This document shows, piece by piece, positions 1-8,913 of a stretch of 64,000 nt of DNA; the stretch's first letter is position 1; each line of letters begins with the position of its first letter. The notes under the pieces are model-generated. The model did no database searches and was not told where the DNA came from. It was given only the letters and a program-made list of their open reading frames with translations. Source of the DNA: Alphaproteobacteria bacterium (GTDB lineage Bacteria > Pseudomonadota > Alphaproteobacteria > GCA-2731375). The stretch spans positions 2,560,001 to 2,624,000 of the forward strand of contig CBDDPY010000002.1 in NCBI GenBank assembly GCA_965232515.1, written 5' to 3'. The position numbers and the translations under genes were made by a program.

Positions 1-389
1 GCCTGTTGAACGCAGTGCCGACGGCGGACAGCAGCCCCGAGGAGCTGGTACCGAGCAGCCGGATCGATTTTCAATGGCCGAAATGGGGCCTCTACGAGGA
101 AACCGGCGGCACCTCGGGCGAGCCGGTCGATCTGGCGGAAGTGAAAGAGCTGCTGCGGTTGAACACGGCCTGGCTGGCCGCCACCGACCGCGACAGCCGC
201 GCGACGATCTGGCACCAGATGCTGCGGATCCACGCCGAGCAGATCTTCTCCATCGGCGTCATCTCGGGCGTGCGCCAGCCGGTCGTGGTCTCGAACCGGC
301 TGATGAACGTGCCCACCGAGGCGATTTACAATTGGGACCCCGGCGCCATCATCGGCGTCTACCGGCCCGACACCTTCTGGTTCAAGTGA
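1..389 (+). CDS. ABC transporter substrate-binding protein (peptide/nickel family 5), C-terminal part, truncated by window edge
   Basis: Frame open from the window start; C-terminus ...IGVISGVRQPVVVSNRLMNVP...YRPDTFWFK is typical of family-5 solute-binding proteins. Confidence 0.75.
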   Translation, partial: LLNAVPTADSSPEELVPSSRIDFQWPKWGLYEETGGTSGEPVDLAEVKELLRLNTAWLAATDRDSRATIWHQMLRIHAEQIFSIGVISGVRQPVVVSNRLMNVPTEAIYNWDPGAIIGVYRPDTFWFK

Positions 390-406
390 CAAGGGGAGCT
401 TGGACG

Positions 407-1705
407 ATGCACTATGATGCGATCATCATCGGCGCCGGCATCATCGGCGCCTGCACGGCTTATGAACTGTCGAAGCGCGGCTATCGCACGCTGAACGTCG
501 ACAAGCTGCCGGCGGCGGGCTACGGCTCGACAGGCAGCTCGTGCGCCATCATCCGCACACATTACTCGACGCTCGACGGCTCGGCGCTGGCCTACGAGGG
601 CTACCACTACTGGACCGACTGGCCCGGCTATATCGGTGTCGACGACGAGCGCGGCCTGGCCAGGTTCCACGAGACCGGCTGCATCGTCATGAAGACCGAG
701 CTCAACAGCTATCTCGAGCCGATCTGCCGCACCATGGACGAGATCGGCGTGCCCTGGCATGACCTGGGCCCGGCCGACGTCAAGGCGAAGCTGCCGATCT
801 ACGACCTGCACCGCTTTGGCCCCGTGAAGCTGCCGGACGATCCCGGCTTCGGCGAGGCGACCGGCGAGGCGCTGGCCGGCGCGGTGCTGTTCCCGAAGGC
901 CGGCTATATCAGCGACCCGCAGCTCGCGACCCACAACGTGCAACGCGCGGTCGAGGCGACGGGCGGCGAGTTCCTGTTCAACGCGGAGGTCACCGCCATC
1001 CGGCAGGCCGACGGCCGCGTTTGCGGCATCAGCCTCGCCGACGGCCGCGACATCGACGCGCCTGTTGTCGTCAACGTCGCCGGACCGCATTCCTTCAAGA
1101 TCAACCAATTGGCCGGCGTCGAGGCCGGCATGAACATCAAGACACGCGCGCTGCGCCAAGAGGTGGCGCACGTGCCCTCGCCGGTCGGCTTCGATTTCGA
1201 GGCCGACGGCTTCGTGATCTCGGACAGCGATATCGGTTGTTACAGCCGGCCGGAGCTGGGCAATCACATCCTGATCGGCAGCGAAGATCCGGAATGCGAC
1301 GACCGCGAATGGGTCGATCCCGACGACTACAACCGCGAATTCACGGCGCAATGGCAGACCCAGGTCTATCGCGCCGCCCAGCGCATCCCCAGCCTCGGCA
1401 TCCCGAACCAGACCAAGGGCGTGGTCGATCTCTACGACGTGTCGGACGACTGGATCCCGATCTACGACAAGTCGGACCTGCCGGGCTTCTACATGGCGGT
1501 CGGCAGCAGCGGTAATCAGTTCAAGAACGCGCCTGTCGCCGGCGCCATGATGGCGGAGCTGATCCTGGCCTGCGAAGGCGGGCGCGATCACGACGCCGAG
1601 CCCGTGCGCTTCGCGCTCCGGCACATTGGCCGCGAGGTCGATATCGGCTTCTATTCCCGCCGGCGCGAAATCAACCGGGAGAGCAGCTTCTCGGTGCTCG
1701 GTTAG
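407..1705 (+). CDS. FAD-dependent oxidoreductase (DAO/sarcosine oxidase beta-like)
   Basis: N-terminal Rossmann motif DAIIIGAGIIG, VVVNVAGPHS, C-terminal GSSGNQFKNAPVAG; SD-like AAGGGGAG before ATG 407. The ORF-track start at 74 overlaps the upstream gene. Confidence 0.85.
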   Translation: MHYDAIIIGAGIIGACTAYELSKRGYRTLNVDKLPAAGYGSTGSSCAIIRTHYSTLDGSALAYEGYHYWTDWPGYIGVDDERGLARFHETGCIVMKTELNSYLEPICRTMDEIGVPWHDLGPADVKAKLPIYDLHRFGPVKLPDDPGFGEATGEALAGAVLFPKAGYISDPQLATHNVQRAVEATGGEFLFNAEVTAIRQADGRVCGISLADGRDIDAPVVVNVAGPHSFKINQLAGVEAGMNIKTRALRQEVAHVPSPVGFDFEADGFVISDSDIGCYSRPELGNHILIGSEDPECDDREWVDPDDYNREFTAQWQTQVYRAAQRIPSLGIPNQTKGVVDLYDVSDDWIPIYDKSDLPGFYMAVGSSGNQFKNAPVAGAMMAELILACEGGRDHDAEPVRFALRHIGREVDIGFYSRRREINRESSFSVLG

Positions 1706-2313
1706 CCCGACGTCCAGCGACGCCGCGCCAGGCCTAGGCCGAGCAGACCGATACCGAAAAGACCGATGCCCATCGGTTCGGCAACGATGATCTGACCCCG
1801 GATTTCCCCCGACTGATAGTCATCCGTGTGGACGTTGTAGTAGAGGTTGCCGTTCAACAGATCTTCGATCATGGCGGTGAAGGCGCCATCGTCGACAATA
1901 AGTTGAAAGCCCACCGTCGTGGCGCCGTCGAGGATGTCGCTGAACGTGCCGTCAGCGCCGACATTCACGACGATCGGACCGTTCGACCCGGCGGGCGCCA
2001 GGTGAATATGCACCGGGCTGCCGCCGACATCGAACAGCTCGGGCTGGGTGATGCCCAGCACGGACAATGTCAGATCGTAAAGCCCGGTCTCGGTATCGAC
2101 ACGCAGCGACGCCGTCCCGGTCGCATCGCTCGGCACCGGGTTCGACGGCATGACCTCCTGAAAGAAGTCGAGGCTGGTATCGACCGAAATGACGGCGGCC
2201 TGTGCCGGCCGCGCCAGGACAAACGCCGCGATCACCATCCCCGCCAGCATCGCGCTATGGATGGCGCGACCGAAGCGCGCCTGCCGACGTCGCTGAAACT
2301 GCAAGTTGGGCAT
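1702..2313 (-). CDS. Secreted CHRD-domain protein with a PEP-CTERM-like sorting signal
   Basis: Signal peptide ending ...ARPAQA; CHRD motifs HIHLAPAGSNGPIV and LYYNVHT...GEIRGQI; C-terminus VAEP + hydrophobic helix + RRR; GGAGG SD at 2323-2327. Confidence 0.8.
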   Translation of the reverse strand: MPNLQFQRRRQARFGRAIHSAMLAGMVIAAFVLARPAQAAVISVDTSLDFFQEVMPSNPVPSDATGTASLRVDTETGLYDLTLSVLGITQPELFDVGGSPVHIHLAPAGSNGPIVVNVGADGTFSDILDGATTVGFQLIVDDGAFTAMIEDLLNGNLYYNVHTDDYQSGEIRGQIIVAEPMGIGLFGIGLLGLGLARRRWTSG

Positions 2314-2436
2314 GGGCTTGCACCTCCGCTGCAGCAGGTATCGCCAACGTCGGTTCAAGTTGGCGAACCGGCATCCCACTCGATGCGACGATGCTAGGGG
2401 GCGGTTACGAAGGATCGTGTGATCAGCGTGTGTCTT

Positions 2437-2451
2437 TGCTGCGGCGCAGCA
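2437..2451. promoter_or_regulatory. Palindrome TGCTGCG-G-CGCAGCA, PhaR-type CTGC-N3-GCAG operator candidate
   Basis: 7-bp inverted repeat with 1-nt spacer, about 125 nt upstream of the CHRD gene. Confidence 0.35.
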
Positions 2452-2467
2452 TTAGCGGGATCGTTTA

Positions 2468-3127
2468 TTAGCGCCAGGCCCATTCCGGCTGGTCGTAGCC
2501 GTCGACGCGCGTGCCGCGGCCGTGCAGGGCGACCTCGCGAAACTGATAGAGCACGGCCGCGGTCGGCGCATGGATCTGACTGTCGCCGATCAGGACCTTG
2601 ATGATCGGCCTGACATCGTGCGGATTGGCGACGAACTGCGGCGAGTCCGGCCGGTCCAGCTCGGTCAGCGGAATGCGATGGATGGCCGCAACCTCGTCGG
2701 GGTTGGCGACCAGATCGCCGCCCCGGTCGGTCCAGGCGACGACCGGCGTGATCAGATAGCCGGAACGCGTCGGATAGTCGTCGAGCTGGCCGATGACTGC
2801 TGACGGCGGCAGTGCGAGGCCGATCTCCTCGGCGATTTCGCGGCGGGCGGCCTGCACGATCGTTTCGCCGGCGTCGAGACGGCCACCCGGCAACGCCCAT
2901 TGGCCGGAATGCCGCCGCAGGCCGGTCGCGCGGCGAGTCAGAATCAGCGCGGCGTCGCCGTCGTCCATACCGACCAGCAGCACCGTCACCGCCGCGCGCT
3001 TCAAGCCGTTGTCGGACCGCTGTTGGACATCAAAGGCGGCGACGTTCGCCGAGATCCGCCGATGCAGCGCCGCGTCGAAGCGGTAGGTTGGCGCGAATGT
3101 ATCCTCGCTCGATGGCATGTCAGGCAT
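2468..3127 (-). CDS. CoA pyrophosphatase, Nudix hydrolase (NudL/Pcd1-like)
   Basis: LTRRATGLRRHSGQWALPGG followed by Nudix box GETIVQAARREIAEEIGL. Confidence 0.85.
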   Translation of the reverse strand: MPDMPSSEDTFAPTYRFDAALHRRISANVAAFDVQQRSDNGLKRAAVTVLLVGMDDGDAALILTRRATGLRRHSGQWALPGGRLDAGETIVQAARREIAEEIGLALPPSAVIGQLDDYPTRSGYLITPVVAWTDRGGDLVANPDEVAAIHRIPLTELDRPDSPQFVANPHDVRPIIKVLIGDSQIHAPTAAVLYQFREVALHGRGTRVDGYDQPEWAWR

Positions 3128-3199
3128 GGCGGCTCGATCCTTCCGGCGCCTGTTGGAGCAGGAAATGCCGCACCTCGTCAATCGCAGAAGACGATCGGT

Positions 3200-3784
3200 T
3201 CAGCGACCAGCCACCAGGTTCTCGCCCACCGCCGCGCGACAGGCATCGAGAATGTTGGTTGCCAATGCATCGTCGTGCACGCCGCGGGCGACGATCAGCC
3301 CGCCGACGCAGAGCGCGATGCTCGCCAGGATGCGCGGATCGCGACTGTCCGCATCCGGCAGGCCGCGGGCGAACTCGCCGGCCAGTTCCTCGACCTTGTG
3401 TGTGTAGGCCTCGCGCACCGGACGTCCGGCGCGCGCCACGTCGACCGAGAGCGAGGCCATGGCGCAGCCCTGTCCGACGCGGCGCCGGTTGTCGGGGTGC
3501 AGATAGCCTGCCACCACCTCGAGCGCCTGTTGCGTCAGCTCAGCCGACGTTTCACCGTCGCGCGCCTGCAGGCGCTTGTTGAAGTCGTGCTCCCCGCGCA
3601 TCACCTCGGCGAACAGCTCGGCCTTCGAGCGGAAATAACCGTAGAAGCCGCCACGTGTCAGCTTTGCCGCCGCCATGATGCCGTCGATGCCGACGCCGGC
3701 ATAGCCGAAGCGGCGGAACAGACGACCGGCCTGCTGCACGATGCGCGCCTTGGTCTGCTGCTTGTGTTCCGGCCGGTACCGCAT
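3200..3784 (-). CDS. TetR/AcrR family transcriptional regulator
   Basis: HTH segment RIVQQAGRLFRRFGYAGVGIDGIMAAAKLTRGGFYGYFRSKAEL; GGGAG SD upstream. Confidence 0.9.
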   Translation of the reverse strand: MRYRPEHKQQTKARIVQQAGRLFRRFGYAGVGIDGIMAAAKLTRGGFYGYFRSKAELFAEVMRGEHDFNKRLQARDGETSAELTQQALEVVAGYLHPDNRRRVGQGCAMASLSVDVARAGRPVREAYTHKVEELAGEFARGLPDADSRDPRILASIALCVGGLIVARGVHDDALATNILDACRAAVGENLVAGR

Positions 3785-3807
3785 ATCCGGTTCTCCCGTA
3801 TCACTCT

Positions 3808-3852
3808 TTACATGTCGACTGTACTGCAATTAGCATGTCGATCAACATGTAA
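3808..3852. promoter_or_regulatory. Tandem TetR operator candidates between divergent tetR and GST genes
   Basis: Near-palindrome CATGTCGATCAACATG (3834-3849); CATGTCGA repeated at 3811 and 3834; outer inverted repeat TTACATGT/ACATGTAA. Confidence 0.6.
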
Positions 3853-3864
3853 TAAGGGAGGCGG

Positions 3865-4635
3865 ATGATGGAACCGGCCGTCGAGCTGCTGCAGTTTCCC
3901 TATTCCCACTTCAACGAAAAGGTGCGCTGGGCGCTGGACTTCAAACAGGTGCCGCATCGGCGGCAGAGCTATCTGCCCGGGCCGCATATTCCGGCCATCC
4001 GCCGCCTGACCGGCCAGACCAAGACGCCTGTCGTGCGGTTCGGCGATACGCTCGTGCACGGTACGGCGCGCATCATCGACGAGCTGGAAACGCGGTATGC
4101 CGAACCGCCGCTTTACCCCGAGGCGCCTGATCAGCGCGAACGCGCGCTCGAACTACAACACTGGTTCGACGAGGACGTCGGGCCGGCCGTGCGCTGCGCG
4201 CTGTTCGCGGAGATGATCGGCGAGCTTGGTTATCTCAGCCGCCTATTCGCCGGCGAAAAGAGCCTTTTGGTGCGCGCGCTTTACCGCAGCAGTCTGCCGT
4301 TCGTTCGGGGTCTTATGCGCAAGGGAAACGGCGTGACCGGTCCGGACGCCGTCGCTGCCGCACGGACCCGCACACGCGAAGCGCTCGACTTCGTGGCGCG
4401 CGAAACCGCCGACAGCGGCTATCTCGTCGGCGACCGGTTCAGCGTCGCCGACCTGACGGCGGCGGCCCTGCTAGCGCCCGCGGCCAACCCGCCGGGCGTG
4501 CCGACGATCAGCAAACCGGAACCCATGCCCGCCAGCGTCAAGGCCTGGCACGACGAATGGGCCGACCACCCCGGCGTCGCCTGGGTGCACGCGCAGTTCG
4601 CGCGGCACCGCCCGGCGTCCGCGGCCATTTCCTGA
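3865..4635 (+). CDS. Glutathione S-transferase family protein
   Basis: N-terminal thioredoxin-like FPYSHFNEKVRWALDFK...TPVV; C-terminal YLVGDRFSVADLTAAALL; GGGAGG SD. Confidence 0.85.
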   Translation: MMEPAVELLQFPYSHFNEKVRWALDFKQVPHRRQSYLPGPHIPAIRRLTGQTKTPVVRFGDTLVHGTARIIDELETRYAEPPLYPEAPDQRERALELQHWFDEDVGPAVRCALFAEMIGELGYLSRLFAGEKSLLVRALYRSSLPFVRGLMRKGNGVTGPDAVAAARTRTREALDFVARETADSGYLVGDRFSVADLTAAALLAPAANPPGVPTISKPEPMPASVKAWHDEWADHPGVAWVHAQFARHRPASAAIS

Positions 4636-4663
4636 GGATGTGGATCAGCGGCGGTGTCTTCCG

Positions 4664-4747
4664 TCAGAAATACGCCTGACCGATGTGATACACCACCAGC
4701 GCCAGTGCGATCGCGCCCGCGATCCCGGCGACATAATGATACAGCAT
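4664..4747 (-). CDS. Putative 27-aa single-TM microprotein MLYHYVAGIAGAIALALVVYHIGQAYF (below ORF-track cut-off)
   Basis: GGGAGG SD at 4758-4763, ATG at 4747, TGA at 4664-4666, continuous hydrophobic core. Confidence 0.5.
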   Translation of the reverse strand: MLYHYVAGIAGAIALALVVYHIGQAYF

Positions 4748-4942
4748 TGCTCAGCGGCCTCCCGACCCGACCTGCAGGCTGTGTCATTATTGTGGCGCTA
4801 ATTGTCAGATTTGCCAGACCGTGCGCGATAATGCCCTGAATTTGTCACAGACGACGTTCGCGTGCGCAAATCGGAGCATCGAAAACAAATTGATGAGGGT
4901 ATTGCTTCCATCCTCCAACCACCTCAGAAGGCTAAGGGTGGT

Positions 4943-5017
4943 TGGCGTCCCCTAGGGGAATCGAACCCCTGTTTCGGGCGTGAGAGGCCCGCGTCCTGAC
5001 CGCTAGACGAAGGGGAC
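4943..5017 (-). tRNA. tRNA-Glu (anticodon CTC)
   Basis: Reverse complement folds as a cloverleaf: acceptor stem GTCCCCT/AGGGGAC, anticodon arm CGGGC-CTCTCAC-GCCCG, T arm AGGGG-TTCGATT-CCCCT, encoded CCA. Confidence 0.97.
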
Positions 5018-5033
5018 GTCGGCGGAAAGCCGA

Positions 5034-5062
5034 GAAGTAGCGGCAGAGCGGGCCCAGGTCAA
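5034..5062 (-). promoter_or_regulatory. Sigma70-like promoter of tRNA-Glu
   Basis: TTGACC-N17-TACTTC on the minus strand just upstream of the tRNA. Confidence 0.55.
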
Positions 5063-5088
5063 GGGGGTGCTAAGGCCGCCGGGCCAAC

Positions 5089-6129
5089 TCAGGCGGCCTC
5101 CAGATGGCGGCGGGCGCTGGCGATCAGGCGGTCCACGTCGTCGGGATCGGTGTTGAAGGCGGTGACGAGGCGGAGCGTGGTCGCCGTGGGCCCGCCCCAG
5201 CGCAGGAAGCCGACGCCGTCGGCGGCGAGACCGTCGATCACGGCCTCGGGCAGGCGGACGAAGACCTCGTTGGCCTCGACCGGATGTTCGAGCTCGGCGC
5301 CGGGCAGGGCCGCGAGACCGTCGGCGAGGCGGCGGGCGCAGGCGTTGGCGTGACGGGCGTTCTTGAGCCAGAGATCGTCGCGCACATAGGCGCGGAGCTG
5401 GGCCGAGAGGAAGCGCATCTTCGAGAACAGATGGCCGCCGCGCTTGCGCCGGAAGCGGAAGTCGCGGGCGAGTTCGGGTTTGAAGAACAGCACGGCCTCG
5501 GCCGCCATGGCGCCGTTCTTAGTGGCGCCGAGCGACATCACGTCCACGCCGGCGCGCCAGGTGACGTCGGCCGGCGCGCAGCCGAGATGGGCGACGGCGT
5601 TGGCGAAGCGCGCGCCGTCCATATGCAGCGGCAGGCCGTGCGCCCGCGCGACCTCGGCGATGGCCCTGACCTCATCCACCGTGTAGACGGCGCCCTGCTC
5701 GCTCGCCTGCGTGACCGAGACGGCGGCGGGCTGGGCGTGATGCTCGACCCCGGTGCCGGCCGTGGCGAGCACCTCGGCGAGCGCCGCGGCATCGAACTTG
5801 GCGTGCGGCCCGTCGAGAAGCGTGAGCTTGGCGCCGCCCGTGAAGAATTCTGGCGCGTTGCACTCGTCCTCCTCGATATGGGCGTGGCGGTGGCAATAGA
5901 CCGTGCCGTAGGGCGGCGCGAGCGTCGCCAGGGCCAGCGCGTTGGCGGCCGTGCCGGTGGCGACGGGATGCATGACGAGATCGCAGTCGAACAGCGTCCG
6001 CAGGTCGTCCTGCGCCGCGGCCGTCATCTCGTCGGCGCCGTAGGCGGTCGCGCTGCCGCTGTTGGCCTCGGCGAGCGCCGCCATGATCTCGGGGCAGACG
6101 CCGGACGCGTTGTCGCTGGTGAAGTTCAC
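5089..6129 (-). CDS. ltaE: Low-specificity L-threonine aldolase
   Basis: N-terminal FTSDN, TGTAAN, HMDGARFANA, PLP lysine in SLGATKNG. Confidence 0.9.
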   Translation of the reverse strand: MNFTSDNASGVCPEIMAALAEANSGSATAYGADEMTAAAQDDLRTLFDCDLVMHPVATGTAANALALATLAPPYGTVYCHRHAHIEEDECNAPEFFTGGAKLTLLDGPHAKFDAAALAEVLATAGTGVEHHAQPAAVSVTQASEQGAVYTVDEVRAIAEVARAHGLPLHMDGARFANAVAHLGCAPADVTWRAGVDVMSLGATKNGAMAAEAVLFFKPELARDFRFRRKRGGHLFSKMRFLSAQLRAYVRDDLWLKNARHANACARRLADGLAALPGAELEHPVEANEVFVRLPEAVIDGLAADGVGFLRWGGPTATTLRLVTAFNTDPDDVDRLIASARRHLEAA

Positions 6130-6563
6130 GGGCGCGCCCCGGCGTCGATGGCAAGGTCCAGCCGCTCGAAGCCGGCGCCGTCGGCCGTCAGCCGATGCGC
6201 CGCCACCTCGCCGACCTCGCGGTTTTCGACGGCGAGAATGACCCAGACCAGATCGGGCTCGGTCGCCCAGGCAAGATCGGTCGCCGAGGGCCGCGCCGGG
6301 CCGTCGGGATGGGAATGGTAATGCCCGACGATATCGCGCGGCGATTGCCGCAGCGCCTTCTGCAGCCGCAGCCGCAGCGCCGGGTCGACCTCGAACCGGC
6401 GCCGGCGGTCGGCCGCGAGATTGGCGCCGGGCGCAAGTTGCGTGACCCGGATCTGGTCGTCCGCCTCGCGCGCGCCGACGAGGAGGCCGCAGGCTTCTTC
6501 CGGAAAGGCTGCCGTGGCGGCGGCCTTCATGGCGTCGAGCTGTTGGGGCGTGAACAGGATCAC
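6126..6563 (-). CDS. M67 (Mov34/MPN/JAB) metallopeptidase
   Basis: PEEACGLLVG and JAMM motif HYHSHPDGPARPSATD; GTG start overlaps upstream stop (GTGA), and its stop overlaps the ltaE start. Confidence 0.85.
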   Translation of the reverse strand: MILFTPQQLDAMKAAATAAFPEEACGLLVGAREADDQIRVTQLAPGANLAADRRRRFEVDPALRLRLQKALRQSPRDIVGHYHSHPDGPARPSATDLAWATEPDLVWVILAVENREVGEVAAHRLTADGAGFERLDLAIDAGARP

Positions 6564-6884
6564 GGGCCGGGCACCAGACGCACGACGCCGAGGCGCTGGC
6601 CCGTCGTCAGATCGAAGACGATGACCCGCTCGTTGCCGTCGGCGTCGGCGACGCGCACCGACAGGCGGTCGCCGCTGGCGCTGACATCGACGACCCGGTC
6701 GTCGGCCGGCAGCGCGACCTCGATCTCGCCGAACACGCGCTCGGCCGCCGCCATGCTCTCGGAGAGATCGCCGCTGGTCCGGGCAATGCCGACGACCAGC
6801 GCGATCAGGCCGATCACCAGCAATGTGGTCATCACGCCGACGAGCCACTTGAGTGCGGTCGTGTTCTGTGTCCAGTCTGAGATC

Positions 6885-6886
<2 letters not shown>
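6560..6886 (-). CDS. Small membrane-anchored hypothetical protein (DUF6476-like)
   Basis: One TM helix LKWLVGVMTTLLVIGLIALVVGIA followed by a beta-rich tail ending VFDLTTGQRLGVVRL; start codon uncertain. Confidence 0.65.
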
Positions 6887-7868
<982 letters not shown>

Positions 7869-7911
7869 CCCAGAATGAAACATTCGTGCGAAACAACTGA
7901 ACGGCGTTTTC

Positions 7912-7940
7912 TTGACAAAAGTCCACGAACTGAATAGCTC
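7912..7940 (+). promoter_or_regulatory. Sigma70-like promoter of rpoH
   Basis: TTGACA-N17-TAGCTC in the rluD-rpoH gap. Confidence 0.45.
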
Positions 7941-7985
7941 TAGTTCTTCCCTGACCAGAAATCCATCTTCCGAACGAGCGTTCCC

Positions 7986-8882
7986 ATGAGCGAGCGAAGC
8001 CTCTCGAGTGTCAATCTGCCGGCGCTGACGCCGGAGGGCAGCCTGTCCCGCTACCTGCAGGAAATCCGCAAGTTTCCGATGCTGGAGCCCGAACAGGAGT
8101 ACATGCTGGCGAAAGCCTGGCGGGAAAAGGACGACATCGATTCCGCGCATCAGCTGGTCACCAGCCATCTGCGGCTGGTGGCCAAGATCGCGATGGGCTA
8201 TCGCGGCTACGGCCTGCCGGTCGGCGAGCTGATCGCCGAAGGCAATGTCGGCATGATGCAGGCGGTCAAGCGCTTCGATCCGGAGCGCGGCTTCCGTCTC
8301 GCCACCTATGCCATGTGGTGGATCCGGGCCGCCATCCAGGAATACATCCTGCGCTCCTGGTCGCTGGTGAAGATCGGCACCACGGCGGCGCAGAAGAAGC
8401 TGTTCTTCAACCTGCGCAAGATCAAAGGGCAACTACAGGCGATCGAGGAAGGCGACCTGCATCCCGACCAGGTGGCGCTGATCGCCAAGAAGCTGAACGT
8501 GCCCGAGCAGGACGTGGTGTCGATGAACCGCCGGCTGGCGGCACCGGACAATTCGTTGAACGCGCCGGTGCGCGCCGACAGCGAGGGCGAGTGGCAGGAC
8601 TGGCTGGTCGACGACACGATCGATCAGGAGACTCAGCTCGCGGAAAGCGAGGAGCTGAGCAACCGCCGCGACCTGCTGAAGCAGGCGATGACGCATCTGA
8701 ACGATCGCGAGCGGCACATCCTGACCGAGCGGCGGCTGCAGGAAAGCCCGACAACGCTGGAAGACCTCAGCAAGGAATACGACATCAGCCGCGAGCGGGT
8801 CCGGCAGATCGAAGTCCGGGCCTTCGAAAAGCTGCAGAAGGCCATGCGCAAGGCCATGGTCGAACAGCGCACGAAACGGTAG
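7986..8882 (+). CDS. rpoH: RNA polymerase heat-shock sigma factor sigma-32
   Basis: Region 2 SHLRLVAKIAMGYRGYG, RpoH box QKKLFFNLR, region 4 SRERVRQIE. Confidence 0.97.
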   Translation: MSERSLSSVNLPALTPEGSLSRYLQEIRKFPMLEPEQEYMLAKAWREKDDIDSAHQLVTSHLRLVAKIAMGYRGYGLPVGELIAEGNVGMMQAVKRFDPERGFRLATYAMWWIRAAIQEYILRSWSLVKIGTTAAQKKLFFNLRKIKGQLQAIEEGDLHPDQVALIAKKLNVPEQDVVSMNRRLAAPDNSLNAPVRADSEGEWQDWLVDDTIDQETQLAESEELSNRRDLLKQAMTHLNDRERHILTERRLQESPTTLEDLSKEYDISRERVRQIEVRAFEKLQKAMRKAMVEQRTKR

Positions 8883-8913
8883 GGCCGACAGGTAGGACGG
8901 CGGCGGTCTTCCG

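Noticed and set aside
74-406. N-terminal extension of the 543-aa ORF
   Set aside because: It overlaps the solute-binding protein gene in another frame; the SD and Rossmann motif place the start at 407
1-5017. Genomic island or prophage integrated at tRNA-Glu
   Set aside because: No integrase, transposase or duplicated tRNA 3' end is visible in the window; a boundary left of the window cannot be excluded
6195-6884. Long N-terminal extension of RluD (557-aa ORF)
   Set aside because: It is antisense to two credible minus-strand genes; RluD similarity begins near 6885
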